This document shows, one piece after another, positions 1 to 11,272 of a stretch of 64,000 bases of DNA. The notes beneath the pieces were generated by a model, which saw only the letters and a list, made by a program, of their open reading frames with translations, ran no database searches and was not told where the DNA came from. The position numbers and the translations under genes were made by a program. Origin of the DNA: an uncultured Rhodospirillaceae bacterium (lineage in GTDB: Bacteria > Pseudomonadota > Alphaproteobacteria > UBA8366); contig CAJWLM010000004.1 of NCBI GenBank assembly GCA_913043025.1, positions 3,462-67,461 of the forward strand, written 5' to 3'. Position 1 is the stretch's first letter. Each line of letters starts with the position of its first letter.

Positions 1-1264
1 CTATCATTCACTCTTTATTGTGAAGCCGGCCAGTAAAATACACTTACTCGCTGATGTAAGAAATTCAGTTATTGGGGTCGGCGACCAATTTTCCACCAGC
101 GGTAGAGAGGTACCCAGTCGTGAACTAGCTGAAATTGGTATCGATATCGGTAATGAAAACGCCTTTGCCAAGGTCGTCACAATGGACAATCACGATACCG
201 CAATTCGAGCCGTATTAAATGGAGAAGTCGACGTAGCCGCAGTGAGTTCGGTTAATCTTGAAGCGTTAGTGGTTGATGGTTCAGTAAGGCCTGATGAGTT
301 TCGAATAATCCACCAGTCTACAAATATACCCGGTGCTCCACTGGTCTATACCAGAAATATTCCTTCCAATTTGAAACAAAGACTAAAAGAATTAGTCCTT
401 GATGCTCACAACCATTTCCAGGTAGGTGGGTACGGGGGGCTTGTCGAGCGTTACGTTGATCCTGTTGAAAGTCATCGAAAGCACTTGGAAGTTCGCTTGC
501 GACCACAGTGGGGGTGGCGCACAATTGTTGGGATTTTAGCATTTATATTTGTCTATGCTCTGGTTTTTATAGATTTGGAGGTCAGTCTTACTCAGTTAAT
601 TAGTCGATCAATTATGTATATTTCTGACGTCTTAGGCAGAATGCTGCCGCCTGATTTCTCGAACTTTAGAGAGCTCATGGGCGCAATGGTTGAAACTGTC
701 GAGATAGCAATGCTTGGGACGCTACTAGCCATTACACTCTCTATTCCAATAGGCTTGTTATCCGCCCGCAATATTGCACCGAACTATTTTCTATATTTCA
801 TTGCGCGCACTGTGACGGTTTTTTTTCGCGCCATACCTGAATTTATCATGGCAATGATACTGGTTATTGCGATTGGTTTCGGTGCAATGCCAGGAGTAAT
901 AGCGCTTGGTTTTCATACAATGGGGTTTCTAGCCAAATTTTATGCTGAGGCTATCGAGCATATAGATGAAAATCCTATACAAGCACTTGACTCAATGGGA
1001 GCATCGAAAGGCCAAGTTCTTGCCTTTGCTATCGTCCCACAAGTTATGCCGGCGTTCATTGGTAATAATCTCTATATACTCGATCGTAATATCCGTATGG
1101 CAACGATGCTTGGGATAGTAGGTGCAGGGGGTATCGGATATGAATTACAGTCGGCGTTTCGCATGTTCGAATACGATCGAGTCTCAGCAATAATAATTAT
1201 AATTTTTGCGACAATATTTTTAATAGACATGATCTCATCTCATGTCCGTGCAAAAATTATGTAG
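1..1264 (+). CDS. phnE: Phosphonate ABC transporter, PhnD-like substrate-binding domain fused to PhnE permease (5' end outside window)
   Basis: The reading frame is open back to base 2, so the gene starts upstream of the window. The N-terminal part (STSGREVP...HDTAIRAVLNGEVDVAAV) looks like the C-terminal lobe of PhnD. The C-terminal ~250 aa has TM segments and the PhnE-type EAA loop (AEAIEHIDENPIQALDSMGASKGQVLAFAIVPQVMP). Confidence 0.75.
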   Translation, partial: YHSLFIVKPASKIHLLADVRNSVIGVGDQFSTSGREVPSRELAEIGIDIGNENAFAKVVTMDNHDTAIRAVLNGEVDVAAVSSVNLEALVVDGSVRPDEFRIIHQSTNIPGAPLVYTRNIPSNLKQRLKELVLDAHNHFQVGGYGGLVERYVDPVESHRKHLEVRLRPQWGWRTIVGILAFIFVYALVFIDLEVSLTQLISRSIMYISDVLGRMLPPDFSNFRELMGAMVETVEIAMLGTLLAITLSIPIGLLSARNIAPNYFLYFIARTVTVFFRAIPEFIMAMILVIAIGFGAMPGVIALGFHTMGFLAKFYAEAIEHIDENPIQALDSMGASKGQVLAFAIVPQVMPAFIGNNLYILDRNIRMATMLGIVGAGGIGYELQSAFRMFEYDRVSAIIIIIFATIFLIDMISSHVRAKIM

Positions 1265-1337
1265 ATTTAGAAGACACCATTTATTTTGTGGTGTTAGGTT
1301 AGCATGAGAGAGAAATTTTAAAAATGGTCCCCCCGCC

Positions 1338-2234
1338 ATGCCTGTTTTATCGTCTCAGCTGCGAGGAATTGTATTCTTAGTTATATCAGGAGCAATATTA
1401 TCTTTTACCGATGGATTGGCAAAACTTTTGGCGGGCACATTGGTAATTGGCGAAATAATTTTTTTCAGAGCCTGTTTTGTATTTGTCCCAATTTTGGTCA
1501 TCATCGGTTGGCGCGGCGGTTTTTCCACTCTCCGGGTCTACAGTTGGAAATCTCAGTTATGTCGGGCAGCGTGCGTAATTGTGACAACCTATCTATTTCT
1601 GGCCGCCACCCGTCATTTGCCACTTGCTGATGCGATAGCAATTCTTTTTGCTTCGCCTATTTTTATAACAGCCATGGCGCCTTTTGCGCTTGGTGAGAGA
1701 GTTGGCTGGCGGAGATGGTCTGCAGTTTTAATTGGATTTATAGGCGTACTATTAATGGTTCGTCCTGGCAGTAATCCGCTTGTTATTTCAGCTTTGTTGG
1801 CACTAGGTGCAACTTTTTGTTTATCTGTACGTGATATAATTACTCGTGCGATGTCGGGGCGCGAATCAACTAGCGCTATTATGCTAGTCTCGACTGGATG
1901 CATACTTGTGAGTGGATTTGCAAGCTGGCCTTTAAGCTATTTTATCCCCGGCATTGGTGAATGGCGTATGCCGACAACACGAGAGTTTTGGCTTCTTGCA
2001 ATGACGGGAATATTACAGGGGGTCGGGCAGTATTTTATGGTCACGGCTTTTCTACTAGCTGAGGCTGTTATAGTTGTACCATTTCGATATTTCTCCCTGA
2101 TTTTCGCAGCGCTATTCGGTTATTTGATATTTGGAGATATACCTAGCCTCACTATGCTTGCTGGTGCCGTTGTAGTCGTGGGAAGCGGGCTCTACATATT
2201 CCAGAGAGAGGTTAGGTTTACGAAGCAATGCTAA
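1338..2234 (+). CDS. EamA/DMT family transporter
   Basis: A 298-aa polytopic membrane protein with about 10 predicted TM helices in two repeated halves, typical of EamA. Confidence 0.8.
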   Translation: MPVLSSQLRGIVFLVISGAILSFTDGLAKLLAGTLVIGEIIFFRACFVFVPILVIIGWRGGFSTLRVYSWKSQLCRAACVIVTTYLFLAATRHLPLADAIAILFASPIFITAMAPFALGERVGWRRWSAVLIGFIGVLLMVRPGSNPLVISALLALGATFCLSVRDIITRAMSGRESTSAIMLVSTGCILVSGFASWPLSYFIPGIGEWRMPTTREFWLLAMTGILQGVGQYFMVTAFLLAEAVIVVPFRYFSLIFAALFGYLIFGDIPSLTMLAGAVVVVGSGLYIFQREVRFTKQC

Positions 2235-2240
2235 AATTGG

Positions 2241-3266
2241 TCAATTCGGGCGATGTACCGCAAAGTTCACCATTTTTAGTAATGCATCTTTCATTGGACA
2301 CTCGCGAAAAATGCCAAGAGAGTCACGAGCAATGGCACCGTAGTGGCCGGCGCGATCAATAGTGTCTCGCAGTGTATTATGCTTGTCCATAAGAGTTTTT
2401 GCATATGCTATGTCTTGTGCTGTCTGATTTAGCTCTTCCAAAGTGCGCCGCCAAAATGATCGTTCCTCATCATTCCCCCGTCGCCAAGCCAGAATAACTG
2501 GCAACGTAATTTTCCCTTCACGAAAATCGTCGCCGATTGTTTTGCCAAGGGAGTCTTCTTCTGCAGCATAATCAAGGACGTCATCTATAAGTTGAAAAGC
2601 AATACCTAAATTCATCCCAAAGCTCTCTAGCGCCTGCTCCTCCGCCGTAGGGCGTTCGGCCACAACGGCACCAACGCTTGCTGCCGCAGCGAAAAGGGTG
2701 GCCGTTTTTGCCCGGATCACGTTGAGGTAAGCTTCCTCGCTGGTTTCAGTGTCATTGGTGGTCAATAACTGCATGACCTCTCCCTCAGCAATAACTGCAG
2801 AAGCGTTGGAAAGGATCTTCAATACTCTCAAAGAACCATCACTAACCATTATCTGGAATGCACGTGAAAAAAGGAAATCCCCAACAAGAACGGAAGATTG
2901 GTTACCCCAAACGGCGTTAGCGCTGTCTTTCCCTCTCCTCAACCGAGACTCATCTACGACATCATCATGTAATAATGTGGCAGTGTGAATAAACTCAACA
3001 CATGTTGCAAGTCCGATGTGGCGATCTCCCTGATAACCGCATAGGTTAGCTGCAGCAAGGGTTAAAAGCGGCCTTAGGCGCTTTCCCCCTGATGCAACAA
3101 TGTGTCCAGCAAGCTGGGGAATAAGTGAGACAGGGCTATGCATACTATCAACTATCAATTGATTGACACGATGCAAGTCATCTCCCACCAGAGCAATAAT
3201 GGATTCAAGAGATGGAGTGTCCGGTAACGGTTTTCGCGAAGTGCCGAGGCTTATAATATTTCCCAA
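2241..3266 (-). CDS. ispB: Polyprenyl (octaprenyl) diphosphate synthase
   Basis: Two Asp-rich motifs, LLHDDVVDES and QLIDDVLDY. Length of 341 aa is typical of IspB. Confidence 0.85.
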   Translation of the reverse strand: MGNIISLGTSRKPLPDTPSLESIIALVGDDLHRVNQLIVDSMHSPVSLIPQLAGHIVASGGKRLRPLLTLAAANLCGYQGDRHIGLATCVEFIHTATLLHDDVVDESRLRRGKDSANAVWGNQSSVLVGDFLFSRAFQIMVSDGSLRVLKILSNASAVIAEGEVMQLLTTNDTETSEEAYLNVIRAKTATLFAAAASVGAVVAERPTAEEQALESFGMNLGIAFQLIDDVLDYAAEEDSLGKTIGDDFREGKITLPVILAWRRGNDEERSFWRRTLEELNQTAQDIAYAKTLMDKHNTLRDTIDRAGHYGAIARDSLGIFRECPMKDALLKMVNFAVHRPN

Positions 3267-3387
3267 CTAATCTTGCCTTTCACTAAGAGCATATTGTCTA
3301 AGTATAGCACCTTAACCATAAAGTACCTTGTCTTACGGTCAAGCTGGACGAATTGTCTCACTAAATGCATGTAAGGGAGTAAAGCAC

Positions 3388-4341
3388 ATGCGGGAAATAT
3401 TGCGCACCAATGACATTGTCTACATTTCATGGGTAACCAGAATTCTCGCTGACTCCGGTATAAAGTTATTCACCTTAGATAATCATATGAGTGTCCTAGG
3501 GGGATCCGCGGGCGCGATCTCAAGGAGATTGATGGTAGCAGATAGTGAATTTGGACAAGCCCGAGAATTGATTGAGATGGCTGAGCGGGAACGCGCATCT
3601 AGACCGGTGCCGGATTATATTTTAGGGGGCCGTCTCTTGCTTTGCCAGCCGAAAAAAGGTTTCCGCGCAGGTATTGAGCCAATTTTACTGGCTGCTGCTG
3701 TTCCTGATAGTGTGTCTGGGCAGGTGCTCGAGTTAGGATGTGGTGTGGGGACTGCTGCCCTATGTTACGCATCTCGGGTTTCGGACAGTCCAGTGATTGG
3801 TGTTGAAAAGCAATCGGAATTGGCTAAATTAGCTTTAGACAATGTTTCTAAAAATCACCTTAACGACAGAATTAGGATCATTAACGAGGATATAATTTTT
3901 CTCCATAAGATATTGGCACCTTGTAGTTTTTACCATGTGATGGCTAATCCACCCTTCGTTGAGGCTGAACGGGCTGATCCGAAAATGCATCCGTTACGAT
4001 GGGGTAGCCATGTAGAGGGTAGCGCTAAATTAGCAGATTGGGTATCTGTCGCCCGTAAATTGCTCAAACCGAAGGGTACTTTTACCGTCATTTACGACGC
4101 GGGCAGGATAGACGATTTAATCGCTTTATTGAAGGTCGGATTTGGCGGTATAACAATATTTCCGTTATGGCCTTCGGTACAAGAAAAAGGCCAAGACGCT
4201 AAGCGTGTTCTGGTGCAGGCGCGCAAAGGTGTAAAGAGCCCTGCACGTATTGCAGGCGGTATGGTTCTACATGATATTAATGGTTCTTTCACATCGGCGG
4301 CAGCAAATATACTTGAACGCGGGGCTGAGCTGGCTTTTTAG
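3388..4341 (+). CDS. DUF2007-like N-terminal domain fused to an N6-adenine-type SAM methyltransferase (TrmN6/YfiC-like)
   Basis: SAM motif I (VLELGCGVG) and motif IV (NPPF). The N-terminal ~70 aa (MREILRTNDIVYISWVTRILADSGIK...) resembles DUF2007. The ATG at 3388 follows AAGGGAG; the ORF is open from 3328. Confidence 0.7.
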   Translation: MREILRTNDIVYISWVTRILADSGIKLFTLDNHMSVLGGSAGAISRRLMVADSEFGQARELIEMAERERASRPVPDYILGGRLLLCQPKKGFRAGIEPILLAAAVPDSVSGQVLELGCGVGTAALCYASRVSDSPVIGVEKQSELAKLALDNVSKNHLNDRIRIINEDIIFLHKILAPCSFYHVMANPPFVEAERADPKMHPLRWGSHVEGSAKLADWVSVARKLLKPKGTFTVIYDAGRIDDLIALLKVGFGGITIFPLWPSVQEKGQDAKRVLVQARKGVKSPARIAGGMVLHDINGSFTSAAANILERGAELAF

Positions 4342-4419
4342 GGATTCCTTGCAAATCTGTTCTAGGTTTATCGTTTAGGGTCTTTGCCGTAGGATTTTAA
4401 TAGCATTAGGTAAATCGAT

Positions 4420-5298
4420 ATGGATAAAAAACAAAAAGTGATGAGAGAAAAATCGAAACGAAAGTCAATTGTCAGATCCTTTTTTGGTTACTTCAGGCGT
4501 TGTCCACAGGTTTCAGTATTACGTCTTTCAGGTGTTATAGGTGAGGCTGGCGTGGGTCGAAGAAATGGCCTTACTTTGGCTGACCTTGAGAGCTCAATTG
4601 AAGCAGCTTTTGAGGTGCCGAGGCTCCGAGCCGTTGCACTTAGTATCAATTCCCCCGGTGGGTCTCCGGTCCAATCCGCGTTAATTGCAGAATATATTCA
4701 ATCTTTAGCAAAGCAAAAGAAGGTAAAAGTGTACGCTTTCTGTGACGATGTTGCAGCATCCGGAGGATATTGGCTCGCTTGTGCAGCTGATGAAATATAT
4801 GCAAATGGTGCTTCGGTAGTGGGGTCCATTGGGGTTATCACTGCCAGCTTCGGATTTGATCAATTTATCAAACGCATAGGCATCGAGCGCCGCGTTTATA
4901 CGGCCGGAAAAAACAAGCATCGACTCGATCCTTTCCTCCCGGAGAATGAGAATGACGTGAGATATTTGCGAGTGCTGCAAAAAGATCTGCATGAACAATT
5001 CAAGGAATATGTGCGCCAGCGTCGCGGTAAAAGACTCAAGGGTACATCACGTGTCATATTCAACGGCGATTTTTGGAGTGGCATAAAGGCTTTTGAACTT
5101 GGTTTAATAGACGGTGTTGGCGAAATGCGCAGTGTACTCAAAAAGAAATATGGAGAAGATGTTCGGTTTAGTTTAATTGAGGAGAAGAAAAGCTTTCTAG
5201 CAAAGCGCTTTGGTATTAAGAAAAATGGTACGAGGTGGGCAGATGAATTGCTGCTGGCGCTCGAGGAGCGAGCGTTGTGGAATAGGTTTGGACTCTAA
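4420..5298 (+). CDS. S49 family serine peptidase (SppA-like)
   Basis: Motifs SINSPGGS and AASGGYWLACAAD, typical of short SppA/S49 peptidases. Confidence 0.8.
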   Translation: MDKKQKVMREKSKRKSIVRSFFGYFRRCPQVSVLRLSGVIGEAGVGRRNGLTLADLESSIEAAFEVPRLRAVALSINSPGGSPVQSALIAEYIQSLAKQKKVKVYAFCDDVAASGGYWLACAADEIYANGASVVGSIGVITASFGFDQFIKRIGIERRVYTAGKNKHRLDPFLPENENDVRYLRVLQKDLHEQFKEYVRQRRGKRLKGTSRVIFNGDFWSGIKAFELGLIDGVGEMRSVLKKKYGEDVRFSLIEEKKSFLAKRFGIKKNGTRWADELLLALEERALWNRFGL

Positions 5299-5581
5299 TT
5301 ATTTATTTCATTGAGCGATAGTAGGGTTGGTGAGGCATAGCCGTAAAAAAAGGCATATGGTGAACCTCAGAAATTAAACAATCGCAAGTTGCGTTATCCT
5401 AGAAAGACGACAAAATGTTCGGTTTGGGCTGGGTTCCTATGCATAATTGCTTTGATGATATTTGTGTGGCTGACATGACACTTATTGACCAAGGCTTTAA
5501 CCACCTTTATTTTTGGAGATATCTAATTTGGGTCACCAAATACCTTGCCACACGGTAATTCTCGAGAGTATGGCTTTATAA

Positions 5582-6454
5582 ATGTCCTCGGAAAATTCCT
5601 TTCAAACCCTCATTCTTAAACTCCATGAATTTTGGGCATCCAAGGGTTGCGTGATTTTGCAGCCCTATGATATTGAAGTTGGGGCTGGCACCTTTCATCC
5701 TGCGACGACACTACGTGCATTAGGGCCAGACCCTTGGAAAGTAGCTTACGTTCAACCTTCTCGCCGGCCAACCGACGGCCGGTATGGAGAAAATCCCAAC
5801 CGGTTACAGCACTATTATCAGTATCAAGTGATACTTAAACCCTCGCCGATTGAAAGTCAGGAGCTATACCTAGAGAGTCTATCCGCAATTGGCATTGATA
5901 TAAATCAACACGATATTCGGTTTGTTGAGGACGACTGGGAGAGCCCAACGCTGGGTGCTTGGGGTCTTGGATGGGAAATTTGGTGTGATGGGATGGAGGT
6001 GAGCCAATTTACCTATTTCCAGCAGGTAGGCGGTTTTGACTGTAAGCCAGTTTGTACGGAAATCACATATGGCCTAGAACGTTTGGCTATGCATGTTCAA
6101 GAAGTCGAGAATGTATATGATCTTGATTTTAACGGAGAGGGTGTGCGTTATGGTGATATTTTTCGGACAGCGGAGAAGCAATATTCCACTTATAATTTTG
6201 AGTGTGCAAACACCGAGATATTATTGCAGCATTTCCGTGACGCCGAAACAGAATGTAAAAGTTTGACTGCACGAGAATTACCCCTACCTGCTTACGATCA
6301 CTGTTTAAAGGCGAGCCATACATTCAATTTGCTCGATGCCCGCGGCGTAATAAGCGTTACCGAGAGGCAATCCTATATTTTACGAGTGCGTGCGCTCGCA
6401 AAAGCGTGTTGTAGAAGCTGGTTAATAAACCAGGGGCACTTGATTGATGGCTGA
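5582..6454 (+). CDS. glyQ: Glycine--tRNA ligase alpha subunit
   Basis: Highly conserved blocks [12 protein letters not shown] and [22 protein letters not shown]. Followed by glyS with an overlapping stop/start. Confidence 0.95.
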   Translation: MSSENSFQTLILKLHEFWASKGCVILQPYDIEVGAGTFHPATTLRALGPDPWKVAYVQPSRRPTDGRYGENPNRLQHYYQYQVILKPSPIESQELYLESLSAIGIDINQHDIRFVEDDWESPTLGAWGLGWEIWCDGMEVSQFTYFQQVGGFDCKPVCTEITYGLERLAMHVQEVENVYDLDFNGEGVRYGDIFRTAEKQYSTYNFECANTEILLQHFRDAETECKSLTARELPLPAYDHCLKASHTFNLLDARGVISVTERQSYILRVRALAKACCRSWLINQGHLIDG

Positions 6455-8525
6455 ACTACTTCTGGAAATCCTTTGCCAAGAAATACCGTCTAGGATGCAG
6501 AGCAAAGCTTGTGAAGATCTGAAGCAGTCAATCTGCCGTGGTCTTAAAGATTATAGGTTAGAGTTTACACGTGTTGAGGCTTATGTAACACCTAGGCGCT
6601 TAACTGTCGTAGTAGATGGCGTGCTCGAAACCCAGCCGGATGTTCGCGAGGAACGACGCGGTCCACGCATTGATGCGCCAAAACGGGCTATTGATGGTTT
6701 TCTCGGTAGCATTGGTATTCAAACTGTTGAGGAATGCGAACAGCGTGAAACGGAAAAAGGTACATTTTTGTTCGCCGTTTTAGAACAACAGGGCCTCCCC
6801 ACTATCGATATTCTGCCAAAATTAATAACTGCTTCGATCGAGCGAGTTTCATGGCCAAAGTCAATGCGGTGGGGTGAAAATTTGTTTCGTTGGGTGCGCC
6901 CCATTCATTCATTGTTGGCACTATTCGATGGAATCCCAGTCAAAGGTGCGCTTGATTTGCAGGGGGAGAAAATACCCTTTGGAACAGTCACTTCTGGCCA
7001 TCGATTTATGGCTCCTGATCCTTTCGAGGTAAAAGGCTTTGACGATTACTGCGCAAAACTTAACAATGGATTCGTTATCCTCAATCCTGCCGAACGCAAA
7101 AGGAAGATAGCAAAACAACTATCCAAGCTTGCCAGAAAAGTTAGTTTGCATGTTAAAGAGGATAATGAACTTTTGTTAGAGGTTGCTGGCCTTGTGGAAT
7201 GGCCAGTTCCACTGATTGGTCATATTGATACTGCATTCATGTCCTTGCCGCCCGAAGTTCTCACAACAGCTATCAGAACACACTTAAAGTATTTTCTTTT
7301 TGAGACCTCCTCGGGTGATCTTGCACCCTCTTTTGCTACTGTCGCTAATATCATGACAAAAGATCAAGGACTAGGGATCATTAAGGGTAATGAGCGTGTT
7401 CTGAGAGCTAGACTGTCAGACGCATGTTTTTTTTGGGATAAGGACCGGGAAACAACACTTGAAAGTCGCATCCCAGCGCTTAGTGAGATTACCTTTCATG
7501 ATAAGCTTGGATCATTGACTGACAAAGTGGAACGCATGCAACATCTTGCAGTTGTATTGGCACCATATTTTAGTAAAGCAAAGGCTTTACAGATACAGAA
7601 CGCCATACGTCTTTGTAAAACCGATCTTGTTACTCAAATGGTCGGTGAATTTCCTGAATTGCAAGGTAAAATGGGTCAATACTATGCGCTTAATGACGGA
7701 GAAAGCGATCAAGTTGCTGAAGCTATAGCCAATCACTATCACCCACAAGGGCGTGGCGATACTTGTCCCTCGGCACCGGTCTCAGTCACTGTAGGTTTAG
7801 CAGATAGACTTGATACCTTAGCCGGTTTCTGGGCCATTGATGACAAGCCTACGGGATCTAAGGATCCATATGCACTCCGACGAGCTGTACTCGGAACCAT
7901 TCGACTTATTGTTGAAAATGAATTGAGGATACCATTGCGTCCAGTTTTTGTTGCAGCACTCAAAGCGCAGGAACTCAATTGTGAGACTGCTACTGTAGCA
8001 CTCGATTTACTTAATTTTTTCATAGATCGATTGAAGGTGCACCTGCGAGAGAAAGGGGTTCGCCATGATCTTATTTCAGCCATTTTCGCGCTTGGGGACG
8101 AAGACGATTTGGTCCGATTGCTTAGACGAGTCAATGCGCTGGCTGACTTCGTTGAAAGTGATGATGGAGGAAATTTGTTGGTTGCTTTCAATAGAGCCGC
8201 TAATATCCTCAAAATAGAGGAAAAAAGAGATGGAAGAGAATTTAGTGCGGAGATAGATGAAGCGGTTTTAGTGCAAGACGAGGAAAAAGAACTCGCTGCG
8301 GCCCTAGTAAAGGCGAGAGACGACACCGATGCTGCGTTGACTAAGGAAGACTATGTCACGGCGATGCATGCGATGGCGGCATTGCGGACGCCTGTTGATA
8401 ATTTTTTCAATAATGTGACAGTCAATACGAAGGACGCAACATTACGTACCAATCGTTTAAAATTGCTTTCAGGGATACGTCAAACTACGCGCGCAGTCGC
8501 TGACTTCAATCAAATTGGGGGGTAA
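6447..8525 (+). CDS. glyS: Glycine--tRNA ligase beta subunit
   Basis: N-terminus is [13 protein letters not shown]. About 690 aa, overlapping the glyQ stop. The ATG at 6447 is one codon inside the listed ORF. Confidence 0.95.
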   Translation: MAELLLEILCQEIPSRMQSKACEDLKQSICRGLKDYRLEFTRVEAYVTPRRLTVVVDGVLETQPDVREERRGPRIDAPKRAIDGFLGSIGIQTVEECEQRETEKGTFLFAVLEQQGLPTIDILPKLITASIERVSWPKSMRWGENLFRWVRPIHSLLALFDGIPVKGALDLQGEKIPFGTVTSGHRFMAPDPFEVKGFDDYCAKLNNGFVILNPAERKRKIAKQLSKLARKVSLHVKEDNELLLEVAGLVEWPVPLIGHIDTAFMSLPPEVLTTAIRTHLKYFLFETSSGDLAPSFATVANIMTKDQGLGIIKGNERVLRARLSDACFFWDKDRETTLESRIPALSEITFHDKLGSLTDKVERMQHLAVVLAPYFSKAKALQIQNAIRLCKTDLVTQMVGEFPELQGKMGQYYALNDGESDQVAEAIANHYHPQGRGDTCPSAPVSVTVGLADRLDTLAGFWAIDDKPTGSKDPYALRRAVLGTIRLIVENELRIPLRPVFVAALKAQELNCETATVALDLLNFFIDRLKVHLREKGVRHDLISAIFALGDEDDLVRLLRRVNALADFVESDDGGNLLVAFNRAANILKIEEKRDGREFSAEIDEAVLVQDEEKELAAALVKARDDTDAALTKEDYVTAMHAMAALRTPVDNFFNNVTVNTKDATLRTNRLKLLSGIRQTTRAVADFNQIGG

Positions 8526-8530
8526 TTTGG

Positions 8531-11194
8531 ATGAATAGATGGGTTTACAGTTTCGGAGCAAATGAAACTGCGGGCGATGCTAGTATGCGCGATTTACTTG
8601 GCGGTAAAGGAGCAAACTTGGCTGAGATGTCCAAGCTAGGATTGCCGGTACCCCCTGGATTTTCTATTACCACAGAAGTTTGCACCCATTTTTATAAAAA
8701 TCATAATGCTTACCCAGACACTTTGAAGCAGCAGGTTGATAAAGCATTATGCTTGATTGAGTCCGAGGTCGGCTGCAAATTTGGTGACCCAAAAAACCCA
8801 TTACTTGTATCGGTAAGATCAGGTGCTCGGGTTTCAATGCCAGGCATGATGGATACCGTATTGAATCTCGGCCTCAACAAAATTACCGTTGAGGGCCTGG
8901 CGCAGAAAAGTGATGATGCGCGATTTGCCTATGATAGTTATCGTCGGTTTATTCAAATGTATGGTGATGTCGTCCTCGGCATTGACCATTACAATTTTGA
9001 AGAGATTTTAGATTTGAAAAAAGATGAGGCCGGAGTAACTCTCGATACAGAACTAACGTCAGATGATTTGAAGTCTTTAATAGATGCATATGAAGAAAAA
9101 GTTTCTAGCGTGACTGGCAAAGCCTTCCCTCAGGATCCAGTGGAACAGCTTTGGGGAGCGATTGGAGCTGTTTTTTCAAGTTGGATGGTTCCACGTGCGA
9201 TCACATACCGTAAACTCAATGATATTCCGGAGAATTGGGGCACTGCGGTCAATATTCAGGCGATGGTTTTCGGCAATATGGGGGAAAATTGTGCAACTGG
9301 CGTCGCCTTTACTCGCGATCCGTCAACGGGAGAAAATATATTTTACGGCGAATACCTTGTTAACGCTCAGGGTGAGGATGTCGTTGCCGGCATTCGTACA
9401 CCACAGCATCTGACAAAAGAGGGTAAGGAATCGAATAAATCCAATTTGCCAAGCATGGAAGAGGTCATGCCACAAGTTTTCGACCAACTCAAAGGTATTC
9501 GTAGTACTCTTGAACAACATTATACTGATATGCAGGACATAGAATTTACGGTGCAGCAAGGAAAGCTGTATATGCTCCAAACACGGGCAGGTAAACGGAC
9601 AACGGCTGCCGCTTTAAAAATAGCTGTTGATATGGTGGATGAGGGATTAATTGGTAGCGAGACAGCTATATCACGGATCGAGCCGTCATCATTAGATCAA
9701 CTTTTACATCCCACTCTTGATCCAGATGCAAATAGAAAAATAGTTGCACGTGGCCTCCCGGCATCACCGGGCGCGGCATCCGGTAAGGTCGTTTTCGACG
9801 CTGATGAGGCGGAACGGATATCGGCAAGAGGTGAGCAAGTTATTCTTGTGCGAATTGAAACAAGCCCAGAAGATATTCACGGTATGCATGCTGCTGAAGG
9901 TATTCTAACTACTCGGGGGGGCATGACAAGTCACGCGGCCGTTGTTGCGCGTGGCATGGGGAGACCTTGTGTAGCCGGCGCGGGTGAATTGCGGGTTGAT
10001 TATCAAGCTAAGACCATTGCTGCTCGTGATGTTGTGATTGGGGAAGGTGAGGAGATTACGTTAGATGGAGCTAGTGGTGACGTGATGGTTGGACGCGTTG
10101 CCACAATTCAACCAGAAATGTCTGATAATTTTCAGAGGCTTATGAAATGGGCTGACGACATTCGATGCCTGAAAGTCCGAACCAATGCGGAAACACCTAC
10201 CGAGTGTCGTATAGCTCGCGAATTTGGAGCGGAAGGTGTCGGCCTTTGCAGAACTGAGCACATGTTCTTTGAATCAGACCGTATAATTGCTATGCGTGAG
10301 ATGATAGTCAGCAATAATCTCGAGCAACGTCGTGTTGCTCTCGCTAAACTACTTCCTATGCAAAAGGCAGATTTTCACGATATTTTTCGTATTATGAAAG
10401 GACTACCCATAACGATCCGACTGCTAGATCCCCCGTTACATGAGTTTTTGCCTAAAACCGACGAAGAGATTAGAGAGGTAGCAGAGGCAGCAGGTGTTGC
10501 GGCTGATGAAGTTCGCCGTCGAGCTGCGCAGTTAGAAGAGGCTAATCCTATGTTGGGGCATCGAGGGTGTCGTTTAGGGGTCACCTATCCTGAAATTTCG
10601 GAGATGCAAGCGCGTGCGATTTTTGAAGCCGCTTTAAGTGTTAAAGAGGAGATTGGTGAAGAAGTGCACTTAGAAATTATGGTGCCATTAGTGGCAACCG
10701 GTAGAGAAATTGAGATTATTAAAGAAGTGATAGATAGGGTTGCCAATGATATTGAGAAAGAAACAGGTGATACTCTTAAATACATTGTTGGAACGATGAT
10801 TGAATTACCTCGGGCGGCATTATGTGCGTCCGAAATAGCCAAGACAGCGAGTTTTTTTAGTTTCGGAACCAATGATTTGACACAAACTGCGTTTGGTCTC
10901 AGCCGTGATGATTCTGGCTCATTTAGTCAGGAGTACGAGGAGCAGGGTGTGTTCTCAGTTGATCCATTCGTAACTTTGGATAGAGAGGGTGTTGGAGAAT
11001 TAGTACGCATGGCTGCTGAACGGGGACGGTCTGTAAGGCCTGATATAAAGCTCGGTATATGCGGTGAACACGGAGGAGACCCATCATCAATACAGTTTTG
11101 CGCGGAGATTGGTCTAGATTACGTATCGTGTTCACCTTTCAGAGTCCCCATAGCACGGCTGGCTTTGGCTCAAGCTGCTATTCTGCAGAAGTAG
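8531..11194 (+). CDS. ppdK: Pyruvate, phosphate dikinase
   Basis: 887 aa. Phosphohistidine motif GGMTSHAAVVARG and PEP-utilising C-terminal motif FFSFGTNDLTQ. Confidence 0.95.
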   Translation: MNRWVYSFGANETAGDASMRDLLGGKGANLAEMSKLGLPVPPGFSITTEVCTHFYKNHNAYPDTLKQQVDKALCLIESEVGCKFGDPKNPLLVSVRSGARVSMPGMMDTVLNLGLNKITVEGLAQKSDDARFAYDSYRRFIQMYGDVVLGIDHYNFEEILDLKKDEAGVTLDTELTSDDLKSLIDAYEEKVSSVTGKAFPQDPVEQLWGAIGAVFSSWMVPRAITYRKLNDIPENWGTAVNIQAMVFGNMGENCATGVAFTRDPSTGENIFYGEYLVNAQGEDVVAGIRTPQHLTKEGKESNKSNLPSMEEVMPQVFDQLKGIRSTLEQHYTDMQDIEFTVQQGKLYMLQTRAGKRTTAAALKIAVDMVDEGLIGSETAISRIEPSSLDQLLHPTLDPDANRKIVARGLPASPGAASGKVVFDADEAERISARGEQVILVRIETSPEDIHGMHAAEGILTTRGGMTSHAAVVARGMGRPCVAGAGELRVDYQAKTIAARDVVIGEGEEITLDGASGDVMVGRVATIQPEMSDNFQRLMKWADDIRCLKVRTNAETPTECRIAREFGAEGVGLCRTEHMFFESDRIIAMREMIVSNNLEQRRVALAKLLPMQKADFHDIFRIMKGLPITIRLLDPPLHEFLPKTDEEIREVAEAAGVAADEVRRRAAQLEEANPMLGHRGCRLGVTYPEISEMQARAIFEAALSVKEEIGEEVHLEIMVPLVATGREIEIIKEVIDRVANDIEKETGDTLKYIVGTMIELPRAALCASEIAKTASFFSFGTNDLTQTAFGLSRDDSGSFSQEYEEQGVFSVDPFVTLDREGVGELVRMAAERGRSVRPDIKLGICGEHGGDPSSIQFCAEIGLDYVSCSPFRVPIARLALAQAAILQK

Positions 11195-11272
11195 AAACCG
11201 AAAATAGTTCGTCTCAACAATATGCAGAGTAAAGTTCCATGAATACGACATAACAGTTGTATTTATTCATAG

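Noticed and set aside
5299-5581. The long 283-nt leader before glyQ could be a T-box, riboswitch or ncRNA.
   Set aside because: I could not find a specifier/terminator-antiterminator layout, conserved riboswitch cores, or SRP/6S/tmRNA-like motifs. Only tiny ORFs and weak repeats are present. It remains unexplained, with no positive evidence for any element.
7739-8326. A 195-aa antisense ORF inside glyS.
   Set aside because: It is a Ser/Ala-rich low-complexity translation on the strand opposite a strongly conserved gene, which is a typical shadow ORF. The same reasoning applies to 32602-33171 (an alternative same-strand frame within tctA), 47090-47560 (antisense to the GGT gene), 43211-43579, 52149-52478, 59597-59995 and 18653-19066.
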